NCBI RefSeq assembly: GCF_031769215.1
Contig: NW_026782003.1
Coordinates: 1,488,001-1,552,000, forward strand
Direction: 5' to 3'
DNA: 64,000 bases
From: Ylistrum balloti
Lineage: Eukaryota
This document shows, one piece after another, positions 28,430-39,950 of this stretch (position 1 is its first letter; every line of letters starts with the position of its first letter). The translations under genes and the position numbers were made by a program. The notes under the pieces were generated by a model, which saw only the letters and a list, made by a program, of their open reading frames with translations, had not been told where the DNA came from and searched no databases.

Positions 28430-29480
28430 CCGTCTCGTTTTATATATTATGATTTATGTAACCCGTCCGTCTCTCTTTATATTGTGGTTTATGTAATATG
28501 ACCGTCTCTCTTTATATTGTGGTTTATGTACAAACCGTCTCTCTTTATATTGTGGTTTATGTAATATGACCGTCTCTCTTTATATTGTGATGTATGTACA
28601 AACCGTCTCTCTTTATATTGTGATTGATGAACACGGCCGTCTCTCTTTATATTGTGATGTATGTACAAACCGTCTCTTTTTATGTGATGTATGTACAAAC
28701 CGTCTCTCTTTATATTGTGATTGATGAACACGGCCGTCTCTCTTTATATTGTGGTTTATGTAATATGACCGTCTCTCTTTATATTGTGGTTTATGTAATA
28801 TGACCGTCTCTCTTTATATTGTGGTTTATGTAACATGACCGTCTCTCTCTATATTGTGGTTTATGTAACACGACCGTCTCTCTTTATATTGTGGTTTATG
28901 TAATATGACCGTCTCTCTTTATATTGTGGTTTATGTAATATGACCGTCTCTCTTTATATTGTGGTTTATGTAACATGACCGTCTCTCTTTATATTGTGAT
29001 GTATGTACAAACCGTCTCTCTTTATATTGTGATTGATGAACACGGCGTCTCTCTTTATATTGTGATTTATGTAACGTGACCGTCTCTCTTTATATTGTGA
29101 TTTATGTACAAACCGTCTCTCTTTATATTGTGGTTTATGTAAAACGACCGTCTCTCTTTATATTTTGATTCATGAAACATGCTCGTTTCTCTCTATATTG
29201 TAATTTTGGTGCAAGCCCGCTCTTGTTTAAAAACGTTTTATCCCTGTAAATTAACATGTGTGGGACACGACCTATAGCTCTATATTTTGTAATATTTGAA
29301 ACACGTCCATTCTCTCTACACATTGTGATATTTGATACACCTCCATTCTCTCTACACATTGTGATATTTGAAACACGTCCATTCTCACTACACATTGTGA
29401 TATTTGAAACACGTCCATTCTCTCTACATATTGTGATTTATTGAACACGTCCTATTTCTCAACATATTGTGATGTATGAA
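28430..29480. repeat. 33-36-bp minisatellite upstream of HSPA12 copy A: homogeneous ccgtctctctttatattgtggtttatgtaatatga block (28430-29160) grading into an older gaaacacgtccattctctctacacattgtgatattt block
   Basis: Period 35 (e.g. 28768, 28803) with 33-bp variants. The older block resembles 39660-39950. Confidence 0.95.
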
Positions 29481-29829
29481 ACACATCATACCTCTGTGTA
29501 TTGTGATTTTGGGCAACGTCTATCTTGTTAAATGGAAAAGGACGTTAACATTTTGTGGTAGTTTTACAGTCGTCATAGTAATTTTAATTGAGAAATATTC
29601 CGTTTCTTTGTGCGATATGAAGCTGTACTGTTTACTGCTCGTTAGTTTTTTTCTGTTTGTTCCGGTGTTGTATAGTGACATTACCCAGGTTAAACAACAT
29701 TTACATACTGTACTGTTTCTTTGTCAACATCTTCTTCATATTTTACCTTACTATTAATGAGTTTGGATTATGATTATGTTGACATGTTGGTGTTTTCTTG
29801 TTGTATATTGCGACTTAAGGAACACGTCC

Positions 29830-29990
29830 TATTAAACTGTTTTAAAGACCACTTTTAAACAAAAGGCTATCTGGAAATAGAAGATAATTTTTGGTTCCCT
29901 TTATAATATAATGCATATTAATTGAACCTCTCTATTAAGACCACCTGTGCATGAAGGCATTTTTTCTGTGATCTCTTTGGTGGTCTCTAA
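29830..29990. mobile_element. Decayed Tc1/mariner-pogo-type MITE fragment
   Basis: Repeated aaagaccac / attaagaccacctg / gtggtctct motifs resembling common mollusc MITEs. No intact TIR pair seen. Confidence 0.3.
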
Positions 29991-31963
29991 AGTTTTTCAT
30001 TGGATTTTTTTTCTCAAAAAACCTATATGAAGTCTTTAATATCCTCCATTTTAACAAAGTATTTGCAAATTAACAATATTTAACCTTATACATTGCACTT
30101 TAAATGTTCGCAAATATGTTTTTGGTACGGCCTAACACAGAAGGCAAAACAATCTGACCATATGGTAGATTTCTTCAAACCACCATCTCGCTAAAAACGG
30201 AGGTCATGAAGATCAGTATTTAACGAGTTTTGTAATATAAATGTATATAGGTCTAGCGAGTAAAAGTCTCGAGGGTCATGTGAGGACGGGTTTCCAAGGA
30301 GAAAGAACGAACTGACTGAAAAGGAAGTAATATGCTATGCTAGCAGTGTAAATACAGTAGAAGCAGTTGCATGTGATATACCTGTACGTCTGTGGCATGA
30401 GGGACATGTAAAATCTATGTTAATAATCCATTATACTTGCAGTTATTTATCAAATTCGAGCCATTTTGACATCATGATCAAGACCCCTAACTTGATAAGG
30501 ATTGTTATATTGTAAAAGGATAAATTTGTCCACAATATAAACAATGCACAAAATACTCGGAAACGAATAATTGATGTATAGGCTTTCCATTCAAGTGGCA
30601 ATCCGGAGAACGTGATTACTAATATAGGTCATTACAAGGGTATGGCATTCATTGTATGTTCCTACAATATAACTCAGATATATTTATAATTTTTGTTTAA
30701 AATCGATATAAACTTTGTACAATATTATACTGTGACGTTCAAACGCCAGTTTTGGGAATGGAGTTAACGTATCGTCTAAAACGGAGACAAAATACATATA
30801 AAGTATACTATTTAGGGACCAGCAAACGTCGTAGTTATACATAGAATGCTTTGTGGTTGTGGCTAAAACGATGAACAAATTTATGTCTTACCGTGTTATA
30901 TTCTGTATCAAATCCACAGCTATGACAATGTCCTGGATAACGTCTTCTTTTAAATGCGCGTTCACACACGATCGCGTATACATCTGCTTTTTGTTTTACA
31001 TCCTTGTTTCGAAATATCAAGTGTGACTGAATATTTCTGCGCAGCACAACCCACTCATCAGATCAGAAACGGATTTAGTCATTTACTGGGGAAACATGCC
31101 GTATACACTACTGCAAACGTTATGTAAATGGTTACTAAACGCGGGGCATGAAGAAACAGAGATTTCTCCTGTGCCTTCTAGATGAACAAAGACACTGCAG
31201 AGCAGAAGTATCTGACGCCGCCAACGAAAATTTTGGATATCTTCTCTACTCTTTCTGTTGCGATACATACTGTGAATATAAGTTCGCAAATCCATTTTTA
31301 AAAACTCTGGTAAGACAAACAAGTAAACAATTAGAAGTTGAGAGTATAATAACTACCAAATGGCTACACTTGACGCATACCTTGGACAGCCATGCAGACA
31401 GACGACAGTGTACATTTTAGTCTTAAGCAGTCACGGACTGAAGTACGGATTTCATGTAGTATTGAAAATTCAATTTCAGGAACACGATATTCATCAACAT
31501 TAATCTACAGCAGCCTTGATATTCACTTCTGTTAACGATGGTGACCATATACACTTATTTGAAAGAATATCGTATGTTTACTGATGAAGAGAAACAATAA
31601 TCAAACACGTTGACAATTACTGCTCCATATGATTTGGTTGTGTTTCCCGATGTACATAAATTTGTAATGCTTGAATATCATAGCCATTGAAGACAAAGGT
31701 AGCCATACACAAAAACAACAAGAAGGGATTATATTTCCTACTAAAGACGAATTTACATTTTGAAGTTTTTCAGAGTAACACGAACATTGGGCTAATATGA
31801 ACTGTGTTATGGAAGGAGAGAAAAAAGCTTAGTCTAATGTTTCCTGGTATACAGTATATCTTTGGATTGCTTCAAAAATAATTGACCTTTAAGTAATGTA
31901 AGTCAAACGTAACACTTTCTGTTGTTAAAACAACAAAATATGGATAAGAAAGAGGTGACTCAC

Positions 31964-32142
31964 TTCATTTTGGAGAGTTTCTGTAGGATAACACTGAGCT
32001 TTTCTAGAACTTTGTAATCTTGACTTGGGGCTCGCAGGACCATAGTAATCGTCCTGAACCATGTCTCATTACTACATCCTTCGAGAAAGGACTGCTTGAA
32101 AGGTGAGTCTGACAACATCTGTAGGAATATACCCATGAATGC
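31964..32142 (-). pseudogene. CCDC138: Duplicated copy of CCDC138 penultimate coding exon (source 45827-46017) with a 12-bp in-frame deletion
   Basis: Translates AFMGIFLQMLSDSPFKQSFLEGCSNETWFRTITMVLRAPSQDYKVLEKLSVILQKLSKMK. About 6 substitutions versus the source, cag acceptor and gtgagt donor intact. Flanking intron 31712-31963 is almost identical to 45575-45826. Confidence 0.9.
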
Positions 32143-32700
32143 CTGTAAATAAAACAGTATATTCTAGTAGAAAGACAGAGTACCGTAAAATGTTTATTGA
32201 AATTGAATCCTTACCCTCATCAAATTAATGAGGAAAGTACTTTTCATCTGATACCGCATGCGCAGTATTTTCGAATGTGAAAGTCAAAATCAGATATATA
32301 CCTATACATGTTCAAAATATGTAGATATATCTAGAAAGTCATATGTATTTTGTTGCAGTGAAGATTATTTCAATATTATTATACAAGATTATATTCGGAG
32401 TGGAAGTTTGTGCTAATTGATGACGTCGATGTCCACAACAACCAACATTATTTCGTCATTTTGTTGCTGTTTTCAAAGTAATTTAATACCATGGATATAG
32501 TATTTTTGTTAGAAGTCCTGCTCGTTTAAACATTTTATAATTCTGTAAAACAACTAGATTGCGAGGAAGAGGTGACATAGTACACGTGTATGTCTTCCGT
32601 ATTTCAAAGCACATGCCGTTATGCGAGTTTGGCGGTAGTATCGGAAGGCGATAGGTCAATGTATCATTTTAGCAATGGAAGGGTTGTCATGGCCTATTAA

Positions 32701-32795
32701 AGTACACCAAAATAATAGGAGTCGCATGGTAGTAAAATATAGCTCCTTGGCAAAGTCTGACGCAAGCTTGTTCCTCAGCATAGCAAACACACATG
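32701..32795 (-). pseudogene. CCDC138: Degenerate copy of the CCDC138 exon at 46494-46618
   Basis: ggagtcgcatggtagta..aatatagctcctt.gcaa.gtctga matches 46528-46570. Reads CVFAMLRNKLASDFAKELY versus HVFDVLRNDLKSDIAKELY, then a 1-bp frameshift. Confidence 0.75.
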
Positions 32796-33489
32796 AGAGC
32801 AATTGTATTTAACATCGAGGGGTCACCAATCGAAGTACTGACCCCGCTTTACAGACAAGACACCTAGCTATTGGACTATGCGTTTGAAATTCCTATATAC
32901 GTTAACGGTTATCTCCCGTGGGTTTAATCTTAATCTGACATCATTAGCATTCACAACTGTTCCATTAGTTGTTATAGCGATGCCGTCTCAGGCTAACACA
33001 TCCGTGCTCCCAACATGTCACCAGGAAAATTGTGCTTCAATGTAGTTTAGGGGCATCCTACAGGAAACCAATCCCGTTCGCTGTCACCAAATTTTGTTAC
33101 CTCCGCAGTCTTTTAGATACAGATGTAAACGATAAACTCTAAATGCATAGTACTATCTTGTGTTAGACTGGAAGGTAAGAGTAGACTTGCTCAAAGGCTT
33201 ACAATTGCTCTGACTGGTTATATGCAAGATGATATCAATGTACATAAATATTAATCATCAATTACCATATGAAAATAGACATGAAATAAGCATCCTTAGT
33301 TGGTATATATTCTCAATTGGTCTTATCTGACATATAACCGGTCACCGAGCCCCGTGCCCTGAGAGCTATAAAATTTCCTTGCCAACAAGAATTGCTGTAA
33401 TCAACAGATAACCAAAACACCATGGCCATGACCATGTAGGTCATTATTTCGATTCGACGCAAACTGTACAAAGTCATGCTCACGGAAAA

Positions 33490-34100
33490 GGTCAGCATCA
33501 CGTGAATAGACATTATTGTGCAAGGACAATGATAAGAGGCTTAATTGTACAAGGTCATGATAACAAGAGGCTTTATTGTACAAGGTCATGATGACAAGAG
33601 GCTTTATTGTACAAGGTCGTGATGACAAGAAGCTTTATTATACAAGGTCATGACGACAAAATGCTTCATTGTACAAGGTCATGATAACAAGAGGCTTTAT
33701 CTATCAAGGTCATGATGACAAAAGACTTTATTTCACAATGTCATAATGACAAGATGTTTAATAGTACAAGGTCATGATGACAAGAGGCTGTACTGTATGA
33801 GGTAATGAAGACAAGTGATTCGGTTGTACACGGTCATGAAAAGAGACTTTATTGTACACGGACATGATTAGAAGATAATATACTGTAGGTCATGATGGCA
33901 GGAGTTTATACTGTTAAAGGCCATGATGACAGACGGTTTAATTTTAAAAGGTCATGATGACAAAAGACTTTATTGTACAAGGTGATGATGCCAGGAAGCT
34001 TATTGTACAAGGTCATGATGACAATACTTTATTTTACAAGGTCATAATGACAAGAGGCTTTACTTTACCTGGTAATGATGACAAAATGCTTAATTTTTTA
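33490..34100. repeat. 31-bp minisatellite ttattgtacaaggtcatgatgacaagaggct (~18 decaying copies)
   Basis: Period 31 (33573, 33604). Related relics lie at 24970-25090 downstream of copy A. Confidence 0.9.
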
Positions 34101-34149
34101 TATACAAGATCTTGATTACAAGATTCTTATAAACATATTTCCTCACTCT

Positions 34150-35750
34150 ACAAGTTTATAACAACTGACAGTATTGTACCTGGCTTTTCAGACAATTAAT
34201 TCATAATTACGACTGCCATGTTTTGTACCTGATTATCCTGATATCAAAGTCAAATTAACAACTGGCAGAATTGTATCTGACAATAAATGCATAATTACGA
34301 CTACCATGTTTTGTGTCTGGCAATCCTGATAATTACGTCAAAATAACTGGCAGTATTTTATCTGGTCTTCTGACAATTAAGACACAATCACAACTGGCAA
34401 TATTGTACCTGGCTCGTCTGACAATTAAGACATAATTACAACTGGCAATATTGTACCTAGCTCTTCTGACAATTAAGACACAATCACAACTGGCAATATT
34501 GTACCTGGCTCTTCTGACAATGAAGACATAATCACAACTGGCAATATTGTACCTGGCTCTTCTGACAATGAAGACATAATCACAACTGGCAATATTGTAC
34601 CTGGCTCTTCTGACAATTAAGACATAATTACAACTGGCAATATTGTACCTAGCTCTTCTGACAATTAAGACACAATCACAACTGGCAATATTGTACCTGG
34701 CTTTTCTGACAATGAAGACACAATCACAACTGGCAATATTGTACCTGGCTCTTCTGACAATGAAGACATAATCACAACTGGCAATATTGTACCTGGCTCT
34801 TCTGACAATTAAGACACAATCACAACTGGCAATATTGTACCTGGCTCTTCTGACAATTAAGACACAATCACAACTGGCAATATTGTACCTGGCTCTTCTG
34901 ACAATGAAGACATAATCACAACTGGCAATATTGTACCTGGCTCTTCTGACAATTAAGACACAATCACAACTGGCAATATTGTACCTGGCTCTTCTGACAA
35001 TTAAGACATAATTACAACTGGCAATATTGTACCTAGCTCTTCTGACAATTAAGACACAATCACAACTGGCAATATTGTACCTGGCTCTTCTGATAATTAA
35101 GACACAATCACAACTGGCAATATTGTACCTGGCTCTTCTGACAATTAAGACATAATTACAACTGGCAATATTGTACCTAGCTCTTCTGACAATTAAGACA
35201 CAATCACAACTGGCAATATTGTACCTGGCTCTTCTGACAATTAAGACACAATCACAACTGGCAATATTGTACCTGGCTCTTCTGACAATTAAGACACAAT
35301 CACAACTGGCAATATTGTACCTGGCTCTTCTGACAATGAAGACATAATCACAACTGGCAATATTGTACCTGGCTCTTCTGACAATTAAGACACAATCACA
35401 ACTGGCAATATTGTACCTGGCTCTTCTGACAATTAAGACATAATTACAACTGGCAATATTGTACCTAGCTCTTCTGACAATTAAGACACAATCACAACTG
35501 GCAATATTGTACCTGGCTCTTCTGATAATTAAGACATAATTACAACTGACAGTATTGTACCTGGCTCTTCTGACAATTAAGACATAATCACAACTGGCAA
35601 TATTGTACCTGGCTCTTCTGACAATGAAGACACAATCACAACTGGCAATATTGTACCTGGCTCTTCTGACAATTAAGACACAATCACAACTGGCAATATT
35701 GTACCTGGCTCTTCTGACAATTAAGACATAATTACAACTGACAGTATTAA
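34150..35750. repeat. 48-bp minisatellite acaactggcaatattgtacctggctcttctgacaattaagacacaatc (~29 homogeneous copies at 34370-35750)
   Basis: Period 48 (34391, 34439 ...). Confidence 0.97.
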
Positions 35751-36335
35751 ATCATTTTACAATATCATGAATACAAAAGGTCAAATGATAAACAAAAGTA
35801 GTATTGGTCAGGATTATAATTACGATGCGATAATATACAAAACATAGCAGATTTGTATAAAGCCATAATTACGCAAAGCATTATTGTACAAAATCAAGCA
35901 GTTGCATACCATTCGTTTTGTACAGTGTCACAATTGCTGGAAGCAAATATTGTACAAACCAAGGGATCTATACATATGTATATTCTGCTTTCAATGCACT
36001 TAACATGAGTATGGTCTATGTTACATATCGATAGAATCCGACGACAGTTCAATAATTATAGTAATATTGCAGATATCGTTTCTACTTTATCAAGGTACAT
36101 GTATAAAGGTTTTATTTTCTCTGTATGCATGTAAACTAGAAGGGCTTCCTGAAAATCATAAACGATTGATGTTATATTTTGTGTTATCTAAAGCATTAGT
36201 CTATTGGATATAAAAACAGATTTTACCGAGTTAAGGCTATGTTTGTTTAATATACACTTCACCCGAATATTACCATATATATTTTTCCACAAAAACTGTA
36301 TTCGAGTGAAAACAAATTTCTTGTGTTTCTCAAAA

Positions 36336-39230
36336 TCATGACCGAAGGAAGTCGAATTTGTTTACATACGAAAGTCTTTGAAATTTATCAGAGACCTTCA
36401 CAGTGAACTCTGTTCCACCAAACAGTATGTCAACCTGGAGTACCGATTGTGGATTCCACCCCTGGACTGGACGCTCCACTTTGATTTTGCCGATTTGGAA
36501 GCAGGACGGTTCGTTAATGTAAGTTGGTCTCTGGTTAGAGGCGTAAACTGTTATTTCCACTTCATTCTGCTTGCAACCCGGAGTGTAGAACTTTGTGACA
36601 ATGCTGCCAACCTCCACTTCTTGTTCTGCCGTGACAAACGGGTCAAAGCATTTACAACTATACCACTGGTTATTGGTCGGACTCCAGAATCTATTTTGAG
36701 GTGAATGCAGTGTTGGTTCAAACACATTATTTATTTCAATACCATATGTGTACTTCATCACTCGGGATTTTATGACACTCGGATCAAATCCATACAATAC
36801 GGCACCTTTGAGAACAGCAAGCCCGGGATCCTGCGGGCAGACGATGACCTTGTTTGGAAACATCTCTTCAAATTGTGCTTGTACAAGAGATGACTCGGAA
36901 AACCCACCAACCAACACTACCGTTGTGATATCGTCATTCATAACCTCTAGGACGTGACTAATTGTTCCTGACACTGCTTCACTGAAAAACTCCGTACACA
37001 CCTCAAATCCTATGTGCATTTTGTCTCTTTTCATAGTAACACATTTTGAGAACTTAGCGGACTTCGCCATACTGTCAGCAAAACTGTTACCAGTCATTCT
37101 CTGGTGCAGGTCCACCAATGCTACTGGAACATGAAACACCATTTTTCTTCCCGCGTCAGATTTAAAGGCTCTTTTCTTCACCTCAAAATCCCTGAAAAAT
37201 TCGAGGTAATCTGTCATTGCATCCTGCTTGAGTGCTTCCAGAACTTCTGCACCAAACACTTGCTGCAAGAACGTAAGGAAAGCCTTGTCCACTGTCGTAC
37301 CGCCATACGCCCCACCCGAGGCTCGTCGGATCTCACGGATGCGCTGACCAACCGTTATTTCGTGTACTGTTATATCAATGGTTCCACCTACGTATCAAAG
37401 TAATTTAAGATTGTATGAATAAAGTGTCGAAATCTAACTCCTAATATAGCAATATCTCATCTATCTGATTGTATTGTGAGCCCTATATGGTAGCGTTTAT
37501 GCCCTAAGTTCAAATATTATTAACAAGGAATTTTACAGAGAAGTAATGAAAGGAAGCGCAATACATTCCGGGAGAGATTGCATCTACTTCTAATACTTCA
37601 CAATGATGGCTATTTGTTGTCATTAAAAAAAAAAAGAAGAAGAAAATCCGGGACAAAGTTACGTTGATGCTTATGTCTAACAGTAAAAAGAGCAGGGATA
37701 TACTGACCGCCCATATCTACAACGATGACCTTGGAGCCCTCCTCGAACAGTGGAGTCAGAGTTCTGCCGGTGCTTTCTTCGCGAACCTTAATGCCATGTT
37801 CCTTCATACAGTACATTGAGGCAGCCTCCGGCTCCAACGCCAACTTGAGATGGTCAGTACATATACCAGCCTTCAAAGATATAGAGAAATACAGTTCTTG
37901 TACCGAACAGGGAGGAAATGAGATTTCTCATCAATTTATTCTAATAATTTAACCCCAGGTCGTCAATTGTCTTTTGTTACAAAGGCAGTCTTCTGAGATG
38001 ATGAGTTTTTAGCGGTATGCTAAAGAGGTTTTATAAGATTGCGACATAATATTTCGATTGAAAAGTAGGAATATGCTTTTCATTAGAAATTAAACTGTAT
38101 GGTGAGTAGGATTTCCTTGATTTGCTAATAGTTATAAATTAAACTGCATGATATAAGATTTTTTGTCGTTAAGCAGAGACTGATGTTTTCGCCAATGTTA
38201 AGACTTTCATACTTATTGCTTTTATAAAGTGCGCAGTGAAAATACAAGAGGTACTTAATAGTAATTGCAGTGATATCGACATCCTGAAACTAGATCGCGT
38301 TTTTTGGTGAATTAATGGCTCATTCAAAAGCGATGAACTATAGGGATAAATAATAATATTTTTCCTTTTGTTTTAAGAGACCCTTCGACCCATCCACTAT
38401 ACAACAGTATAAAACGATACTTACAGCTTGTGCTGCTTCCCTCATGAACTGTTTGGCGCCTTCGTCCCAGATCGCCGGGACGGTGATAACCCAGCCGATC
38501 ATGTCCTCCTCCACGTCGCTAACTACTTGTTTCTGGACCATGGTCATCAGGTGTTCCTTCAGGTATCGTATCGCCATGGAAAAGATGGTCTTCGCCGGCA
38601 TCATCTCGCCATTTATATCCTTTATCAAGGTGGATCGACCAAGTGTCTGATTGGAAATAAGGTTAAAATACAGTTAATTGGATTTTACGATGATACTATT
38701 TTCTCAGCGTAAGAAAGAAGTTATGATTGATAACAAAATGACTTTCTTAATTAGCAATACATTATCTTGACTCCATCCTCAAGATGAAATTAACTTTAAA
38801 AAGTATCCTGGTATATTCTGATGTGTCTCAATGGTGAATATTGCTATACATTATAGCATATGGTATGTGTTAAAATACAGAACCTTTATCGTATTTATTG
38901 TTATAGTAAGGAAAGAAAGTAACTTGCCTTGTTATTATGTAAAAGCATTTTAAATTGTTTAAAGTACAACCAGCCCGTATGATCATTTTCCTCGGTCAGT
39001 TCAGAATACTTATTTTCGGCTTCATATCCAAAGGAGTGGAATTTTTTGTCTGGTGAGAGGAGCACTGAAGACGGGGCTTTTTGTGACATCAACTTTCCGC
39101 TGCCGATCCAGGAATTTGTGTTGATCTTCAAAGGTTCTCGTTCGTAGTCGTGTCTCATCTGAAAAGCGTACCCGGAATAGGTGGTACCAAAGTCCAGGGC
39201 GGCGACGATAAGAGGGGTAAACTCTGTCAT
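36336..39230 (-). CDS. HSPA12: Heat shock 70 kDa protein 12-like, copy B, ~579 aa; exons 38928-39230, 38425-38646, 37708-37870, 36336-37387
   Basis: Same motifs and exon structure as copy A (1740 nt), GC-AG intron 1, no internal stops seen. Acceptor at 39234 precedes the ATG. Confidence 0.95.
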
Positions 39231-39659
39231 ATCCTAAAACAAGGCAATGTACCAATTGGCGTTAATTTTCTTACAGACAATGCATTATTTATGACAAATA
39301 CAGACATATGTATGTAAAAACCCAATGGAACATGAGATAAAAATTGTTATCCTGTACCAGTATGACAACCTGTAACGTACGTTGCCCCGAAAGTATTATA
39401 CTGGTAGCAGGTATGCAGGCCTCTTGGTGATATATGGATGCTCGCCAGATCGAAGTGAGATTTAACTAGGGAGACACTTCATGTCTCAAATCAGGGGCAA
39501 GTTAGGAGAACAGAAAATGAAGGTCTTAAGTATTACAGTTGTAGTAGAGCATCAGATTTACTTTATTTACGACCCATATGTGATATTTACACTATGACCG
39601 ATTTCTCGTAATACTGGATAGTATTTAATTGGTTTACATCCATAATTACGGCAGAGGAC

Positions 39660-39950
39660 ACTTCCTCTTATGTTTTGTGAAATCTGGAACATGTCATATC
39701 TCTCTACTTTGTTAGATTACACGTCCTATCTCTATACACATTGTGAGCTCGGGAACGCGTCCCATCTCTCTATGTATTGTGAAACCGGGAACGCGTTCTA
39801 TTCCCCTATATGTTGTGAGATCAGGAACATGTTCTATATATATATATATATTGTGAGATAGGAAATACACCCTATCACTATACAAATTGTGAGACCGGGA
39901 ACACGTTCTATCTCTCTATATATTGTGAAATCGGGAACGCGTCCTATCTT
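39660..39950. repeat. Degenerate ~36-bp tandem repeat upstream of HSPA12 copy B
   Basis: gggaacgcgtcctatctctatacacattgtgaga-like units, homologous to 29170-29480. Confidence 0.8.

Noticed and set aside
25418-39230. HSPA12 pair as a falsely duplicated haplotype
   Set aside because: Introns 2-3, exon 3 and the flanks are far too diverged for allelic copies, and a diverged CCDC138 relic lies between them. Long reads would still be the decisive test.
25827-39255. Plus-strand ORFs overlapping HSPA12 exons
   Set aside because: Antisense shadows of GC-richer coding sequence.
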